From Tubulanus polymorphus (taxonomy: Eukaryota > Animalia > Nemertea), in contig NC_134026.1 in assembly GCF_964204645.1 (NCBI RefSeq), positions 25,392,150 to 25,456,149 of the forward strand: a stretch of DNA of 64,000 nt, written 5' to 3'. Below the pieces are notes generated by a model. That model was given only the letters and a program-made list of their open reading frames with translations. It ran no database searches and was not told the origin of the DNA. Positions 26,945-41,059 of this stretch are shown piece by piece. A program made the translations under genes and the position numbers. Position 1 is the stretch's first letter. Every line of letters begins with the position of its first letter.

Positions 26945-28950
26945 ATGTTCGTAAAAAAACTACCTGGACTCACTACGTTACATGAAACATTGCGGATGCT
27001 TTCAACTATAAAGGGAAGTTTTTCATTTCAAGGTTTCGAAAATTCTATTATCCAAGATCAATTGCATCTACGTATCATAAATATCCCAACCCCAGAAGAG
27101 CGATCAAAACTCGTCAGTAAAGCCGAGATGAAATGATATCCGTCTAATTGGAATGAACAGGACCAAACGTAATCAAATAAAGGGGTATACAGCTTCAGAT
27201 AATGATAACGCATTAATTGTTCAATTGTAAATTCAGTAGGCGCTTTATTTTGCTGGATACGCGTGGCTTCCGCACTTGACGTAACGTTTTAATGCACGTC
27301 TCTGTATATCTATCCGTAGAGATGATAGAAAAATCGTTCGCTGAATTTGACGTGTTGTTGTCGACAACGACCGCAACGCTTTTCTATTAATGGGCACCCG
27401 GAAACGCCGTTATTACTGAAGCTTGCATCACCACGTCTACGGAATTAATCGCCCAGAATGCAGGTGAAATTCATTTGCATGAATTCACTGCGCGCACGTT
27501 AGAGACAAAACGGCGAGCCTAATGTATTTATACATATACGAGGGATTTTTTTACCGGTGGCATTTATATAAAAAGATACGCCAGTCAAACCGCGTCATGG
27601 AAATGTCACCCTGGGGGAGAACCATATAGTAATACATGTTTTCTATAATGGTTGACAGCAGACATTTGCCCTATTTATGAGTTAGGCGGAAGTGGCTTAG
27701 ATTACCAATTGGTTTTCTTGTACGCGAGGAGGTGGTTAAAACGTCTGATTAGATGAATTTTCTTATGGATGAAATGAGAACCCATTTATTGAACCAAATA
27801 TATCGTTCAATCTAGTTTAACGGGAACGAGTGTCTGCTGAGATTAACTGAAAACAACTTAAGTATTTATGGTCATGAATTCACGTGATACTTTGTGGAAG
27901 GTCGACACTATTTCGCAGTCTGCAAAGACGTGTCAGGCATCGCGGATGAAGGCACGTATTTCAATTATATCGCTTGCCTTCTCTCAGGAAATTCACCCGA
28001 TTTTGTCATAAATATATTATACAGGTTTTCAAGGTCGATTCGGTTCGCCGTGAAAACAACAGGTTGGTTCACCTCATCAGACATTACAGATGATTCGATA
28101 CCAAGTTTTCAACAAAAGGAGGCGAAAACCAAACATAAGTTGATGCGTTTAGTACGACATGCCAGTTCTAATTACTCTATGATATCGGATCTGCATAAAA
28201 AGGTAATAATCGCAGGAACCTGCTGACTAGACCGGAAAATATCAGATCGAATAATAACACGAAAACGCGAATCATAAAGTTACATATTTGACAGCCAGAA
28301 AATATATCAACGATAGAAACGAAATTCCCCCAAATAAACACGTGATCGAATGAAAAAGTCACTGGAGTGCTAGGAATTGATCGATGGAGTGCTACTTCAA
28401 TACCAAAGGTTCAACCAATAGTCTTAAAGATTCTTTCGGTACAAGAGAATCCTGTATCTTAATACATCATGTAGGCCTATCATAATACTTCAAGCAAACA
28501 GAATGCTCATTCTGGTAACTGAGTCTGGCGGACATGTAAATACCTGTATTTGGTTTGAGAAGCAAAGTATTTGTTAACGTGTAAACACAAATGCACGACA
28601 GCAAAATCCAATAGACATAGACTCATTAGATATATCTACATTAACAGACAACATGGACATTATAGGAAAACTAGAACGACAACGAAGTATCAACCGAGCA
28701 TCATAAACACTCCCGTGCCTTGCGACACTCGTCTGGTCTCAAATACAAGAATTGAGTGGATACATGTCCAGTTTTAGGTTCTGAGTAGACATTGAGAGGA
28801 TTGTATGTAACAGCTAAACACTTCAGATATGTTTGTTTCCGAGTCAAGAATGGACGTCGCCTCGGGTACATTAAAGGGAGAAAACGACTGGTATAACAGA
28901 AAAGATACTTGACTTTTTACTAGATTTACATGAGACCTGAATTACCTATG
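26945..28950 (+). pseudogene. Degenerate LRR-coding block
   Basis: LPGLTTLH..LSTIKGSFSFQGFEN; LLRLTENNLSI at 27834; CLLSGNS; IIILQANRM near 28480; IRYIYINR. Confidence 0.6.
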
Positions 28951-28994
28951 ATGATAACTACTCAAAGAAATGTCATCACTGCAAGGACAAAATT

Positions 28995-30900
28995 TTAAAA
29001 GGTTAGCAACGGCACGTAGAAAAATATGATTTCAATGTTTGATACCAAATTAATTGCCCTTGTTACGAATTGCTGTTTATACATTAAACACATTGTCACA
29101 TTGTAATGTAGAAGTGGCCGTAAATAAAACGTTAATGCCATTTGATTCAGATTTACTGGACACAAAATAAACAGTTTAAACACAAATGGTAAACGTTATG
29201 AATTATCAATACAAGTTTCCTTTCTACAAGTTACCTTTATTGTTTTCAAATTATCCTTGAAAATGGTATTGGAAAAAGGTGAGCCGTCATTGGTGCATCG
29301 CGGGCAAGGATTCGAACCTGATGGCATCGCTAGGCTGTCACGCCTGCCTGTACGCAGAACACTGGGGCGCTCAGGCAGGGTTTAGCGCCGTGGTAGAATC
29401 TAACGATGAGATTGTCATTGGTGTATAAAGTATAGCAGGTTCTATTCTAAAGAAGATATGGTCCTCTTTTATTGAAAACGACAAGATATATCGGATGCCA
29501 TAGTGACATAATGATATCTTTGCCTCTTTATACACATTCGCTTTAACAAGCGTTTACCCCTTCCATATAATCTGACAAGTACTCGGCGAATTACATTCGC
29601 TTGAAAAAGTCTAACGCGTCGAAGCTTTCAGTTGGTTTATAATTAATAGGATTGTCTCGTCTGAAGATAAAAAGTCGCCCACTCATCATACAATAATTAC
29701 CAGATGAAGTGTCGTTCAAAACGTGACGAATGAGCAGTGAACTATGCTGTGAAATAAAAGGCCAAAGATTGAACATGAAGCAAGTAGACCTTCTTGTCTC
29801 CAGATATCTGTAACTTAAATCCGTAAACGTTTTCATTTGGTCATTTATGTAGAGATCAAATGGTCTGCTGGGCTATCTAGATATATTGCTTCGTTCTTCA
29901 AATCATCTTAGCGAACATACCCATACTTCAGTATCAGCGAGGCGCAAGGGAAATATGCCACGAGTGGCGACACATTTCTATGTTCTTCTTTTCCCTTCAG
30001 AGACCCATCCATAATTAACAAAATCCCCCTTTCGGAACAACTTCTTAATTCTATCAAAAGATTTAGGAAAATCAGAAAATTCAGTTTTATATCTGTTTGC
30101 ACAGTTCATTATAAAATGAATTACCATTCAGTGTTGTTTCATTATGGATTTAACGAAAGCCTATTGCTGGTTTGAATCCATTCACGTCCATTAATGTAAA
30201 TTATGATTAATAGTCATCTGCTTTTCGAAAAATACTGAGAATAAGACTAGAGTCCACATCCATAAGCTTCGTTATCATGCAATAACATCGTCAAACACTG
30301 GTCATTTTTCAGGCTTGTGTGAAAATGTATAATGCCATATTATACACACCTTAGTGGATAATAGGATTTCTTACGGGATATTTGATTACTACTTTTTTAG
30401 GTTACGTTGGAAATATAGGAATCAATATCCAACAATAATTCATGTAACTCATCGAAATGAGACCGCAAATAAGCAGAGTTGAGTGTAATAGTCCAAAAAC
30501 CTAGACTGATGGGTCCGGAGACCTTTCTATTGGTGGCTGGCCTGTCCAATATTACTGAGTAACGAATTTTTAGACCTGGGTAGATATTGCTCAATCGACT
30601 CGAGGTTAATTTTCACGTCAGGTTTGTATCATACAACTTCGTTCGTTGCGATATTTGTTGCATACACATGAGGGTTTTATTGCCCTGGGTAGTTTTAATG
30701 GCCGCCGGCCAGTGACATTAATGTCCACTGGGGGTGATTGGTCGCCATGTTTACTGCTCCCGTGGGCTTATACTTCTCTAATACATGCAATCGCCGTCGT
30801 ACAAATCATGGACGACTGCTTGTTGTATTATTCTCATATATTCTCCTGCGATCATATTTGATTAACATATATGTCGCGAACGTGTATGCAACGCATACTA
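28995..30900 (-). pseudogene. Degenerate LRR-coding block
   Basis: TRAINLVSNIEII; KTFTDLSYRYLET; NPINYKPTESFDALDFFKRM; IFLNLLIELRS; HFDELHELLLDID. Confidence 0.6.
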
Positions 30901-31449
30901 ATCATCCCAATAACAGCTTGTTGAAATACCTACGCCGTCCCCGCCACCAGCTCCACGGTTCGAAACGGCCATCGGCAACTTACTCATGACGTGCCTTATC
31001 ATTTTTTACATTCTATCTTCTACAAAAGCAATTAAGCTTGTCGTTTTGAATGTACGATCTGGCGCTGTATAATCACACAGGAGTAATACTCAATTGAAGA
31101 AAAAATTGAGTTAAATAATCAAACCAACCTAATTCAGTTCATCGCGGTACATTCATTCTATTCATTAATCAGCTCATTTTATTGAGCTAAATATTTTGAT
31201 TGACAGATACCTTAAAAGCAGTCGACAAGTTATCAATTTAGCGACGCAATTTTATATGACTGATTACACGCGTGACTAGAAAATCCGTTCTCGGAACTTG
31301 TAAAACGGTTGTTTTAACTATTCGGGCGCAAACAGGATGGATCTTTCGGCTTAGTATTTGCACTAGGATTTGTCACGAGTAACTGGTTTATGAAGAAATT
31401 TGACATGTTTTCATAACTCGTAACGAGTCGCGGTGTTCGCAGTGTAAAA

Positions 31450-31932
31450 ATAGCTTAATTTCCTTAATTCAAAATAGAAATATCAATACTACCAGGTTCA
31501 ATTGAATCTCACGAACTGTAGAACTAATGTTTGATATTTTTTCTTGTTATTACAGCATCAACAGTTACATTGTCAATATGAACAGTACGAGATTTGATTA
31601 CGAACGAGTCAATTAAGATTTATGGCCGAGACTGTCTGAATGAAACTCCATTTTACTATATGTCAATTCCGCACACCACCGAGTCATTTCCTTTGATTTG
31701 CAAGGTGAATTCAGTTGAACTGAAATAACCTCGGCAACCACAGAAATTGGCATGCAACCACCGATGGTCGTATCATAAAAGCTCGCCTCGTACGGGCAAT
31801 TATGATTTACTCATTATGGACTATATGACCATAATGTCGTCGTTTCATAAACAATTGTCACCGCCGACCCGGCAATTCACACGAGCTATTCATAGATATC
31901 GACGACATAATAAATCAACTTATCTCGTATAA
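31450..31932 (+). pseudogene. Degenerate LRR-coding fragment
   Basis: SLISLIQNRNI near 31452; NYDLLIMDYMTIMS. Confidence 0.4.
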
Positions 31933-32171
31933 ATTTCACAGTTTACTAAAATAATTCGTGCCGCCGCACATAAATGGCGCTGATCCACGACCGAATAATT
32001 GTTATTTTGATTAGGAGTCATCCGTCTATTCATCCAGACATAAAACAACGGCTTCGATGATATAACTAACATACGATGTTTGATTAGATTCATTTTATAC
32101 GGGAAGGTTCTTAAAATCGTCATATTTACATGTTCTCCTCGAGGGAATTTTCCTAAAACGTATTTCATCAT
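31920..32171 (-). pseudogene. Degenerate LRR-coding fragment
   Basis: NMTILRTFPYKMNLIKH; NQNNNYSVVDQRHL. Confidence 0.45.
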
Positions 32172-32316
32172 TGACGAATTGACTAGAAGTGAGGTTGATA
32201 GATAAATTGATAAACTAATGAATATTCAACAATAAATTACATCGAAATAAAGTGCAATTAGAAATAAGTGCTTGCTGATTTAAGTTGAACTAATTTCGAT
32301 GAAATAAACGACACGC

Positions 32317-35300
32317 GTGCTGTGGCCTTGGAAGTGTTTGAAATCTGCAAATGAGATTAAAATAGCACATGAACTTAGAATCAGAAAGAATCTTCGTTGC
32401 AAGTCGTCGCGGCGTTCGTGTTTTGTCAGCGAACAGCGGCGAACGCGATTCCGAACTAAAGAAAAAACAACAATTCAACTAGATTACAGCGAAATCGGCA
32501 GCCTCTGATACGCTTATTAATTGAACATTTGAAAACATTTTCCGCGTCGAAGCTTTCATTTTACAGCGTTTTGATTTCGATCAAGAGATTTTTGATCGCA
32601 TGCCATTGAACCGTGACTCAATAGGGAGTTCAGTAGCGACCGAAAATTCATTACGCTGATAAGCAGGCCGGGCGAACTTCATTATCTTCACACTGGCTCA
32701 AAACGGCAAGATATTTTTCAAATCCTCAGAGGCACAAGAAAATAATTAGATTGCTTCTCCCGAGATGCATGAGGCAAAACAGATGAAAAATGACTTCGTA
32801 ATTATAATAGCACTATGTTGCATCACAACAAAGCTATAAACTACTCTGAGATGTTGTGTGCATTTCGAAATTTTTGCGACGAGCGATTTGAACGTTTCAA
32901 TTAATTCTATCAATTCTTTTTCAGATTCTCAGCTGAAAAAATTCACGTTTAAGCGTTATTCAGTGAAGGCCGAACGTAAAAGTACGATTGCTTTTGAAGA
33001 CACGGTTACATTGAAGAGAAACGCGTATGAACAGGCCTCCTGTCAGAAAGCTCATATAGGGAAAGGATACGTTCTTCGAGAAACGCTGCAAACCATCCAC
33101 TAATCATATTTCCCCGCGATGTCTAGCGGTCGAAATGAACGAAATGCCGGTACGCAAAAAAAAATTGTAGTAACTGGCGTAGTAAACAAACCAGTGATAA
33201 ACAACAGTGGAAACGCAGGTGATCCTTCATTGCAGGTAAAGAAGACTATTTCAAGTATTCATTTAGCCTCGATGAATTGTGGAACAGAATTCCGACGTTC
33301 TCAACGCGAACGCTTTATTTTCATCACTTATACATGCATCTTACGCATAACATTTTTTCATGAGTGAAGCCAATTCATGATCAGCGGGACGGAATCGACC
33401 AAAAGAGCTCCAAGCTTAAATACTGACGTCTTTAAATATTGCCTCAAACAACATATATTACCCACAATAAGACACAAACAACAATAAAATTCATCGTTAT
33501 AGTCCGATCAATTTCGGGATAACCAAATCCCCTTTTCAAGAATAATTCTTATTCAAGAATGATCATTTCGAATTCTTGAAAAGGGGTATGGAGTAATCCC
33601 GAAATCGATCGCTCTAAAGATGAATGTTAATATTGTGGTTTGTGTCTTGTTGTGGCTATTTAGAACACTCTGGACTTGGTTTCTCCGGCGAAGATTTATT
33701 TCTACATCAGCAAACATATATGTTCTATTAGGAATTTAGAAATAAAATTTTTCGATTGGGGTTTACTTGTTTTATGGGTACCACCCGATTCATAAGCTAG
33801 TTGAACCAGAAATCAGCAACGGGGATTTTATCAAGAATATTAAGCAGACGATAAGATCAGTTAATCAGAGAATAGATTTACATTTTCTGAGATTATAACA
33901 CGTTACGGCGATCAGAGACGTAGAGTTAGGTACACGTTTGAGATGACAGCGCTTCCTGCGCAGTTATTCAACACTCGTCAAGTTTACATAGCATTTACCT
34001 GAAACCTTCACCATGTTATTTACTCATGATCTATCGGCTACGAGAACGCTATAACGGTGAATTTATCGCCACCGAGTTGCCAAGTCGCTGAAAAGAAAAT
34101 CTAATATAACGGAATATTTTAAGGAAATTAAATGTTTGGAATTTTATCAAGGAGTACTGGGCGCGCTGAATACATCATAACTCATGTCCAGTGTGTTTGA
34201 TTATTATTGCATTGCAAACGAATACTGACACTTTTCTTGTCTTTGGTCGTGTCATAAAACACGGTTGTTTTTGATAAATCCATCTTCGTCACTTTGAGGT
34301 ACAAATCTGATCCATCCCAATAGTGATAATCTTAGTTTTCGTTGGCCAAATATTCTACCAACTAACTATATAACAAGCGGCGCCACCACGTAGTAAAATA
34401 TTGAAGCTTAATTAACTTTATGCAGGCTGACAGAAACGTCACTGAACTACGTTCTTTTCTATGTTCTACTTCGATTTAGTTCATGCTGTAATTTTCGATA
34501 TAATACTGAATACGCGAAGATTTCCCATTCTTGTGATTTTCCTCTTCTACGCTGTAATGATGTGCCAGTTATTTTCATAAACACTCACTCAGATCGATGC
34601 TGACATTAAGCGCTGATTCAGAATCTGACTGCCGGCTCAATTTGAAATTTAAATTCAGAAACTGATGTAATTATTCATGAATTCTTCTGCAGAAAAATTG
34701 ATTGATTTTTTTCGTGACACCCCATGGGATCCGACGCCATTCCTAACATTGTGATTTGATCGTTAATGTTGCTGAAACAGTCCCGGCATATTGATGATCA
34801 TTCTGCAGCCGCAGAAGTTCGCAGAGCACATCGTCTTCAATGGTTCGTTACGAAACGACCAACGAGGAGCTTAAAAACTGCTCGACGATGGGCACCATTG
34901 GGACCTTCGAGCGTCCCTACGTCAATAACCGCAACAAAGTCATCAAGAAAACTATTGATTGGGAAAGACTAGAGATCAGCCATGGTGCGAATTAAGCTGA
35001 CCAATTCGATGAATTGTGCCCTTTCGGGAGCACTGATACTCTGAATAATTTGATATGTAAAAAGAAATGGGCTTTTGTTTATGAGTCACCGTTCGTCATC
35101 ATTAGGCATCAGAACGCTTCCGCGGGCTGTACGAAAATGAGGATTCATTGTTTCCAGTTCAGCTGAAACAGGTGTCATCAATAATGAGTACATGAAATAA
35201 GCATTTATCTCCGTCGCTGAGTCAAAAGGAAACCGGTATGAGACCTGTGGATCACCGCCACGATTTTATCACAGGACATCAATCGTCCTGTCTATCTATG

Positions 35301-35450
35301 GGTCGAGGTGCTTCCACGGTCCGTGAGTCATATATTACATATGAATCAGGATACTGTTGTCCCAAGAGTCATTCTCATTAATTCAAAGGTGCCGGCCATC
35401 GATAAGATTGAAAATAAAATCGTTGCCACGGTCGCAGCATTTGTTTGTAC
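32317..35450 (+). pseudogene. Degenerate LRR-coding block (interrupted by a hairpin element)
   Basis: HELRIRKNL; TTIQLDYSEIGSL; DLNVSINSINSF; LPAQLFN near 33952; IQNLTAGSI*NLNSETDVIIHE at 34616. Confidence 0.6.
33462..33655. mobile_element. Long imperfect inverted repeat (foldback/MITE-like), ~82-bp arms
   Basis: ccacaataagacacaaac...ccccttttcaagaat pairs with attcttgaaaagggg...gtttgtgtcttgttgtgg around a ~28-bp spacer. Confidence 0.75.
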
Positions 35451-35481
35451 ACACGGCGCATTTTATAGATTTAATCTGTAA

Positions 35482-35671
35482 GCCCCGACGCAGACGACCC
35501 AGGGAAACACGGGAACAGGAGACATGGAACATGTTTGCGAGCGTTTCCCTGTGTCGTGTGCGTTCACGAGAAACGAAAAAAGTGGATCCGGGGCAACGTT
35601 TCCGAGATCAAACGTGTTTGTTTCCGGGTTTCCGTGTTCCCGTGTTTTCCTGCGTCGAGCGCGCGTTGGGC
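35482..35671. mobile_element. MITE, possibly PIF/Harbinger-like
   Basis: Imperfect ~36-bp TIRs: gccccgacgcagacgacccagggaaacacgggaaca and tgttcccgtgttttcctgcgtcgagcgcgcgttgggc. Flanks are TAA/TGA, consistent with a degenerate 3-bp TSD. The element is GC-richer than its flanks. Confidence 0.7.
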
Positions 35672-35718
35672 TGAAACGGAATTATCCGCAAAAACGAACT
35701 GAAAGCAGATATGTATCT

Positions 35719-35985
35719 TTATGGTTCAGATGTAAGAAGCTGTAGGCGTTTGACATAGAATTGTATTTGTAATGATTTTAGATAAGAGCGCGAAGCCTCT
35801 CCAACGAAATAAGTCAGCAAGCCGATCTGTAATTGGTCAGTTTTTGAGTCAGGTATGTGTCGACTGCTAATGCTTCCCATTGACGTGGGATATGTTTCAC
35901 GGACCAAGTGCCCGATTTCGATGCTAAAGAAGCTGTTGAACGAGACTCGCCACCTTGTCGCATGTATTCCCTCTTCACGATCCAT
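35719..35985 (-). pseudogene. Degenerate LRR-coding fragment
   Basis: RVSFNSFFSIEIGHL; YLKSLQIQF. Confidence 0.5.
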
Positions 35986-36149
35986 TATGTTGTCACCCTG
36001 TCTGCATCAGGTCGAGATCTGATCGGTTCCCAGAATTTCGTCTGAAATTAGCTGGTGAAAGCGCACTTACAAAAAATATTGCATCCATTTGATATAGAAA
36101 TCTACAATTCAAATATTTCTTTTCACCGAGGTGGCCAAGTCGGTATTGA

Positions 36150-39100
36150 GAGTATATGAGATATAACCGACTTGCATCGAAAGCGACAAAACGACGTCTT
36201 GCAGAGATTTAAGTCCCTTAAAGGTTCGTTCATTCATTTGAAATGCATCGTCTTCCTATGCAGAGTACCACAGCCCTGTAAATGGGGCGACGGTTTTTTG
36301 CTGACGTACTTCAGAGGAATTCGCATCGACGATTCAATCAACTAATGTCGTTATTGTACCAGACAGCGCAAAGGATCTGATCAAAGCTACCAATCGAAAT
36401 AAATTTGAATGTTGATTTGATTGAATATTGTCGTTTTCTGCGTCCACCGGGAGAACTTCTCCTCAGCCGCGTACTTACCGACCCAAGAGGTTTATTTGTT
36501 TATTGCGTGTCTTTCGACAGTTATTAGCTGCCCTTTAAAGGTCAGAAAACTGGCCAAACTTCACAAATTTACCAACTTCTTCATCAAAAGTGTCTCATGT
36601 ATACTTTACTTAAGTTATTAATTTCTACAGTTCATAGTTTACTAAATTATTTACGTAATTTCTCAGAGCAGAATCGGTATTAAGTATGGGAGGGCACGAA
36701 CTTCGAATACGCGATTGATTAACTTTTTATACTACACACGCAAAATTCAATTATTGATAATCTGATCTGATATGTATACTTATTTGATTAACTATCGTGG
36801 AAGTCTGGCCGCTCAACCCCTCTTCTCGCCAACACTTATAAATTGGCCAAAAGTCTATATTCTCATTAATCGATAATAAAATAATGCCCATCGACCATGT
36901 CTAGACAGCCAAGCGTTTTCACGAGCGTTTTCGACATTTGAATTTGGCCCGATTCAGATTAGGCCCGGGCTAACCGTTCACACTGGTGCAAAATGGACTC
37001 GTGCCTGTTTGACGTGGGCAAAATCTGATCCGACCAAAATTGCGGGACCACGCCCATGCCTAATTATTCCGTGTGAAAGTTAACTAGTTCTGAAAGTGGC
37101 TCGACCCGCGCTCTATAGCACGGGCGAAACCCGACTGGTCTGATCCGGGCCTGTTTGTCCAGGGTCAACTCGTCTCCGTGTGATCGCAGCATGATGACCA
37201 CAGGCACTATCTTTGACACAGTCACTGCAATGTGATAAAGACATCACCTACACTTGACGCTATTTTTCGAAAAAAGTTTTCAAACTGCAACTTTTTTGGA
37301 AAGCATTTTATGTAGGATCCACAGTTTTACCTGTCACGTACCTACATGTACGTTTTGGGTGGAGTTAATATGATTTCCGATTTACCCAATAAAGCAGCAT
37401 CATTGCCTCCGACATTGTGATTGCTCATTTTAAGGTCCGTTTCATGAAAAATGAGGAATCAGCCTCACGTTGACAGGCCAATGCCGGTTACCATGGCAGC
37501 TAAGGAGTTAATCGGCACCCTGAGTAACGATGCGGAAGACTAACCCTATTAACCATTCAAAAAGCCCACCAGAACGATGCCAACTGCGCAAAAAGTCCTG
37601 TGATTGTGTAGAGCAAAAAACTGGAGCAAAGGTCACCTGATTTTGAGACATTTTTGGGAGGGGGAGGGGCTGTTTATCCTGGCTTCATTAGTATGACGAT
37701 TCATATTGAGATTCAGGTATCAGATATTATGCTTGGCAAGTAACGGTGCGCAGCTTATAATCCTTACGCGCGAATGATTTATCTGTAAATGATTCCAAAT
37801 TCAATTTTTTTTCTGGTTCTGCTAATTCTGTCAGTCTCGATTTCTCAATTGTGTATTGTATGACGAGACTGCGTGTCGCGGAAAGCATTCGATATAAACG
37901 TCATCAAGCCGATCCGCAGTCAACCGACGAAGGAAAAACTATCACCCATTAATCTTTATCCCCGTGAGCTAAAGAGGCACTAGGAAATGGCTTTAAATGC
38001 ATACCATACAGAACAAACACTACACGGGACCCTTTCCTAGGTTCTCTATTTGATTACATTAATGAAGTAAATATACCATTATTCCAATTGCCAATGCGCC
38101 AGCTAATTATCTTAGGTCATGCGTCGGCAATCGATCCGAAAAGGTGATCAGCGATTTATCATCAGCCAAACGACAGTGTGTAATTTTTAGTGAGCTTTCC
38201 CGGTCATGGATACAAGATTCAGGGCGTAAAGCCGGTGGCTGCCACAAAGCTTGTCGGCGATGAAATATGGCCATATCAGTTCAGCTATATTCAATCAGCT
38301 ATTTATCCAAAAAAATGATAATTCCAGACGTATGTAATTCATTTAATGATGTGATCATGAAAATATAAACGACAAAATTGAGGTATGATACAATTCGGTA
38401 ACACAGTTAGATCCATAGCCGTGGCCCAGCCTGCATACATGTCATTCGAATAGTTTCCGAAGAAGTTATCTCGCAAAAATGTCACGTTGCTCATATATAA
38501 GGAAGTATAAACATGTCAATAGTTGCTTATATAAGAGCCTTGTTCTTCGTATTCTTTTCATATTTTATGAGAGAATCTCTCAGGGCAATATATCTGAGAC
38601 GCACTGCATCAGCTATCATCGTGTCACAAAAACATGAATAAATCATGGCCCTTCAATTATGCCTCGGTCTTGCAGCCAGAGCTTCTAATGTTTGAGTAAA
38701 CAAGTTTTTCGACATACGTGTCGTGGAATGATGCACGCCACGGAATTCGACTCGAGGAACGGTGCAACGTTATCACAGCGCGTTCTTCAAAGCCACGAAC
38801 TTTTCTTTGATGGATGGTGTTAAATGCGCCAGAAATGAAATATTTAGAATCATTTGTAACATTTTTATCTTGCTTCGTATGGCGTGTTCCCGAGATTCCT
38901 GCGCAGATTATTTGCAACCGCGACGCGTGCACGATTCGACTTACCGTGGCGGGCGGCGCATTAAATGTTCATAAAAGGCCGTCGTAAATCTTCGCGAGAA
39001 AAAATACTTATCTATCCAACCACCGTCCACGGAAAGAATCGCAGAAGACCACAAGTGCCCAGTGACTAAAAAAGCATCCATACAAAAAGATTGATGACAA

Positions 39101-39450
39101 AGCTATTAGGCAAATGCAGTGTTTCCATCCACTTTGTATAGTTTAGAGCGTTGAATGGAATTTCAATATGCTCCACGCGGAAAGTCGTTCGGGCAGTTTC
39201 GAAAATTATGTATTGAATTTTCTGAATGTCTCAAAAAATAGTTTGGTGAATTGAAAAATTGTAACGGAAAATAACACAAGTCCTCCTAATAGTGGGTTTG
39301 GTAATGAATCGAAAAATTCTGAAGAACTAAACTATCTTAGATTTCGTAGATTTCGGTGTTCTATATGATTAGATTACATGCAAGACATACATCAATAAAA
39401 ATTGATTTAATTGAAACCTTGGCAAAACAAGATCAAGGCCACATAAGCAG
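36150..39450 (+). pseudogene. Degenerate LRR-coding block(s)
   Basis: MRYNRLAS; EKSFQTATFLESILC at 37269; LRANDLSVN; LRAIYLRR; ARNEIFRIICNIFILLRM; a near-perfect GSFENYVLNFLNVSKNSLVN ending at 39251. Confidence 0.7.
36908..37190. mobile_element. Degenerate GC-rich MITE-like insertion
   Basis: The ends gccaagcgttttcacg and cgtgtgatcgcagc are loosely inverted. Internal gttcacac/gtgtgaa and ggcccg/cgggcc motifs resemble Harbinger-type MITEs. Confidence 0.4.
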
Positions 39451-39670
39451 ATGAGATTATTTAACTGCGTCGTAATCAAATCACCATAACTGACAATGCA
39501 TCATTGTAAAATAAACAGAATATGTCTAGTCACGTATTTCCCAGGCATTTTCGATGTAGCGTACTAGAAATATGTAAACTGCGTAGCCGAAAAAATGGAT
39601 GATTATGAATTCAACGTTTCGGCATTAACCAAACCGATAAGATATCAATTCACTGTGTGATGGTTTGTAT

Positions 39671-39925
39671 CTATGAATATGTTTGAGATAAAGCAGAAAT
39701 CTTGTCTCGAAAGATAAATTGGCTTCTCATTACTTTAACTTTCGTTTGGTGTCCTGCGTCTGTCGATAGCATTTCGCTGGTACGGAATGAATTGATGAAT
39801 TTTCTGTCTGTATTTATCTGATGTTGAAGAGCAGCAAAAGACGAGATAAAACGACAAGTGGAAGCTTTAGTAAACAATACACTCAACATGAATAGGGCTA
39901 TAGAGACGATCGCCGGCCCAATCAA
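39671..39925 (-). pseudogene. Degenerate LRR-coding fragment
   Basis: SSFAALQH; INTDRKFINSF; FIFRDKISALSQ. Confidence 0.4.
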
Positions 39926-40069
39926 TCAATTTTAGCGAAAAAGAAATTGGAAAACGACAAAGAAATCTCTGGCGCGCGCAAACAAGACCAAAATTGAGAC
40001 ACGCATGCGACTCGAAGACGACGGCCATTCAGACGGGTATTTTGCGCTCGCGTTCGATTATGTCGGGAT

Positions 40070-40810
40070 ATATAAGGCGGGTGTTTTTTCATGTTCTAAT
40101 GTTGAACGTTGTATGATGTTTCACAATGACGCAATTATTGCCAACAGCGACCACTAAGAATCGAGACTAGAGTGATGGAAGTCACGCCAGAACTTCGACC
40201 TTTCGTAGAAAAATCCCCAATTTAGATCAGGGAATTGATGTCCGCAAACGTCCATAAATATGTCGTGGTCCAGAGGGGAATGATATTGAAATTAGGCCTG
40301 TATCGTATGGAAAACTAGCGGTCGGCATTCTTATCGAACCGATTGTCTAATGTACCGCTTTTAAACGAGGATTACCATTCGGTATCAGTTTAATTACGAC
40401 GGGAATGGTCCTGTAAAGCCCCAATGACAGCTAATCCCACCAGCTAAATGGAATTCCTCGTTCTCGTACTACCACCAGTCGAAGTATCACGCCGCGTAAA
40501 TTGCTGTAAATCGAAATCATCCGCCATGAAAAAATCCTTTATACACAAATCCAACGGCATCTAAAATATCCGATAGAACCGTGTTCAGGAACGGAGCCCT
40601 CTAATGGAATTTGCGTATTCGATCAGAGTTGAGTTGAATGTGAAATAAGTGAGAAGAATATAACATAGTAAAGCAGAATATTTGGCGTTTGGTACTTTTT
40701 ATATGATTTGTTCGATTCGATCTTCTCTATCGTCACCGCGGAGAACACGTGACGCTCCCAACGTCTGAAAGAAAAATCTATTTGTGTCACAAGAAATTGT
40801 ACTTGAAAAA
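40070..40810 (+). pseudogene. Degenerate LRR-coding block
   Basis: FSCSNVERCMMFHN; TFRRKIPNLDQGIDV; RKIYLCHKKL at 40770. Confidence 0.5.
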
Positions 40811-41059
40811 GACTTGGCTAAATATAATCATGTTGAAATTCTAGGAGTGTAATCGAATACGACCACGAAGGAACTCTCGGGAAAACGACTAATGATAAAG
40901 TCATCAATGGACATGTTCGCTATAGTAAACCATCCACATCAAAAATCTCATATTCACATCAGTGATACATGTAATTCTAGATCTTTTCTATAAATTGTGA
41001 TTTATTCATTTGCTAAAGAGCATATGGCGACTGCTCACCAGAAAACCGATTGTTCGTTT

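Noticed and set aside
29290-29400. tRNA or tRNA-derived SINE (B-box-like ggttcgaatcc on the minus strand; similar motifs near 2431 and 19570)
   Set aside because: No A box, acceptor stem or cloverleaf could be built.
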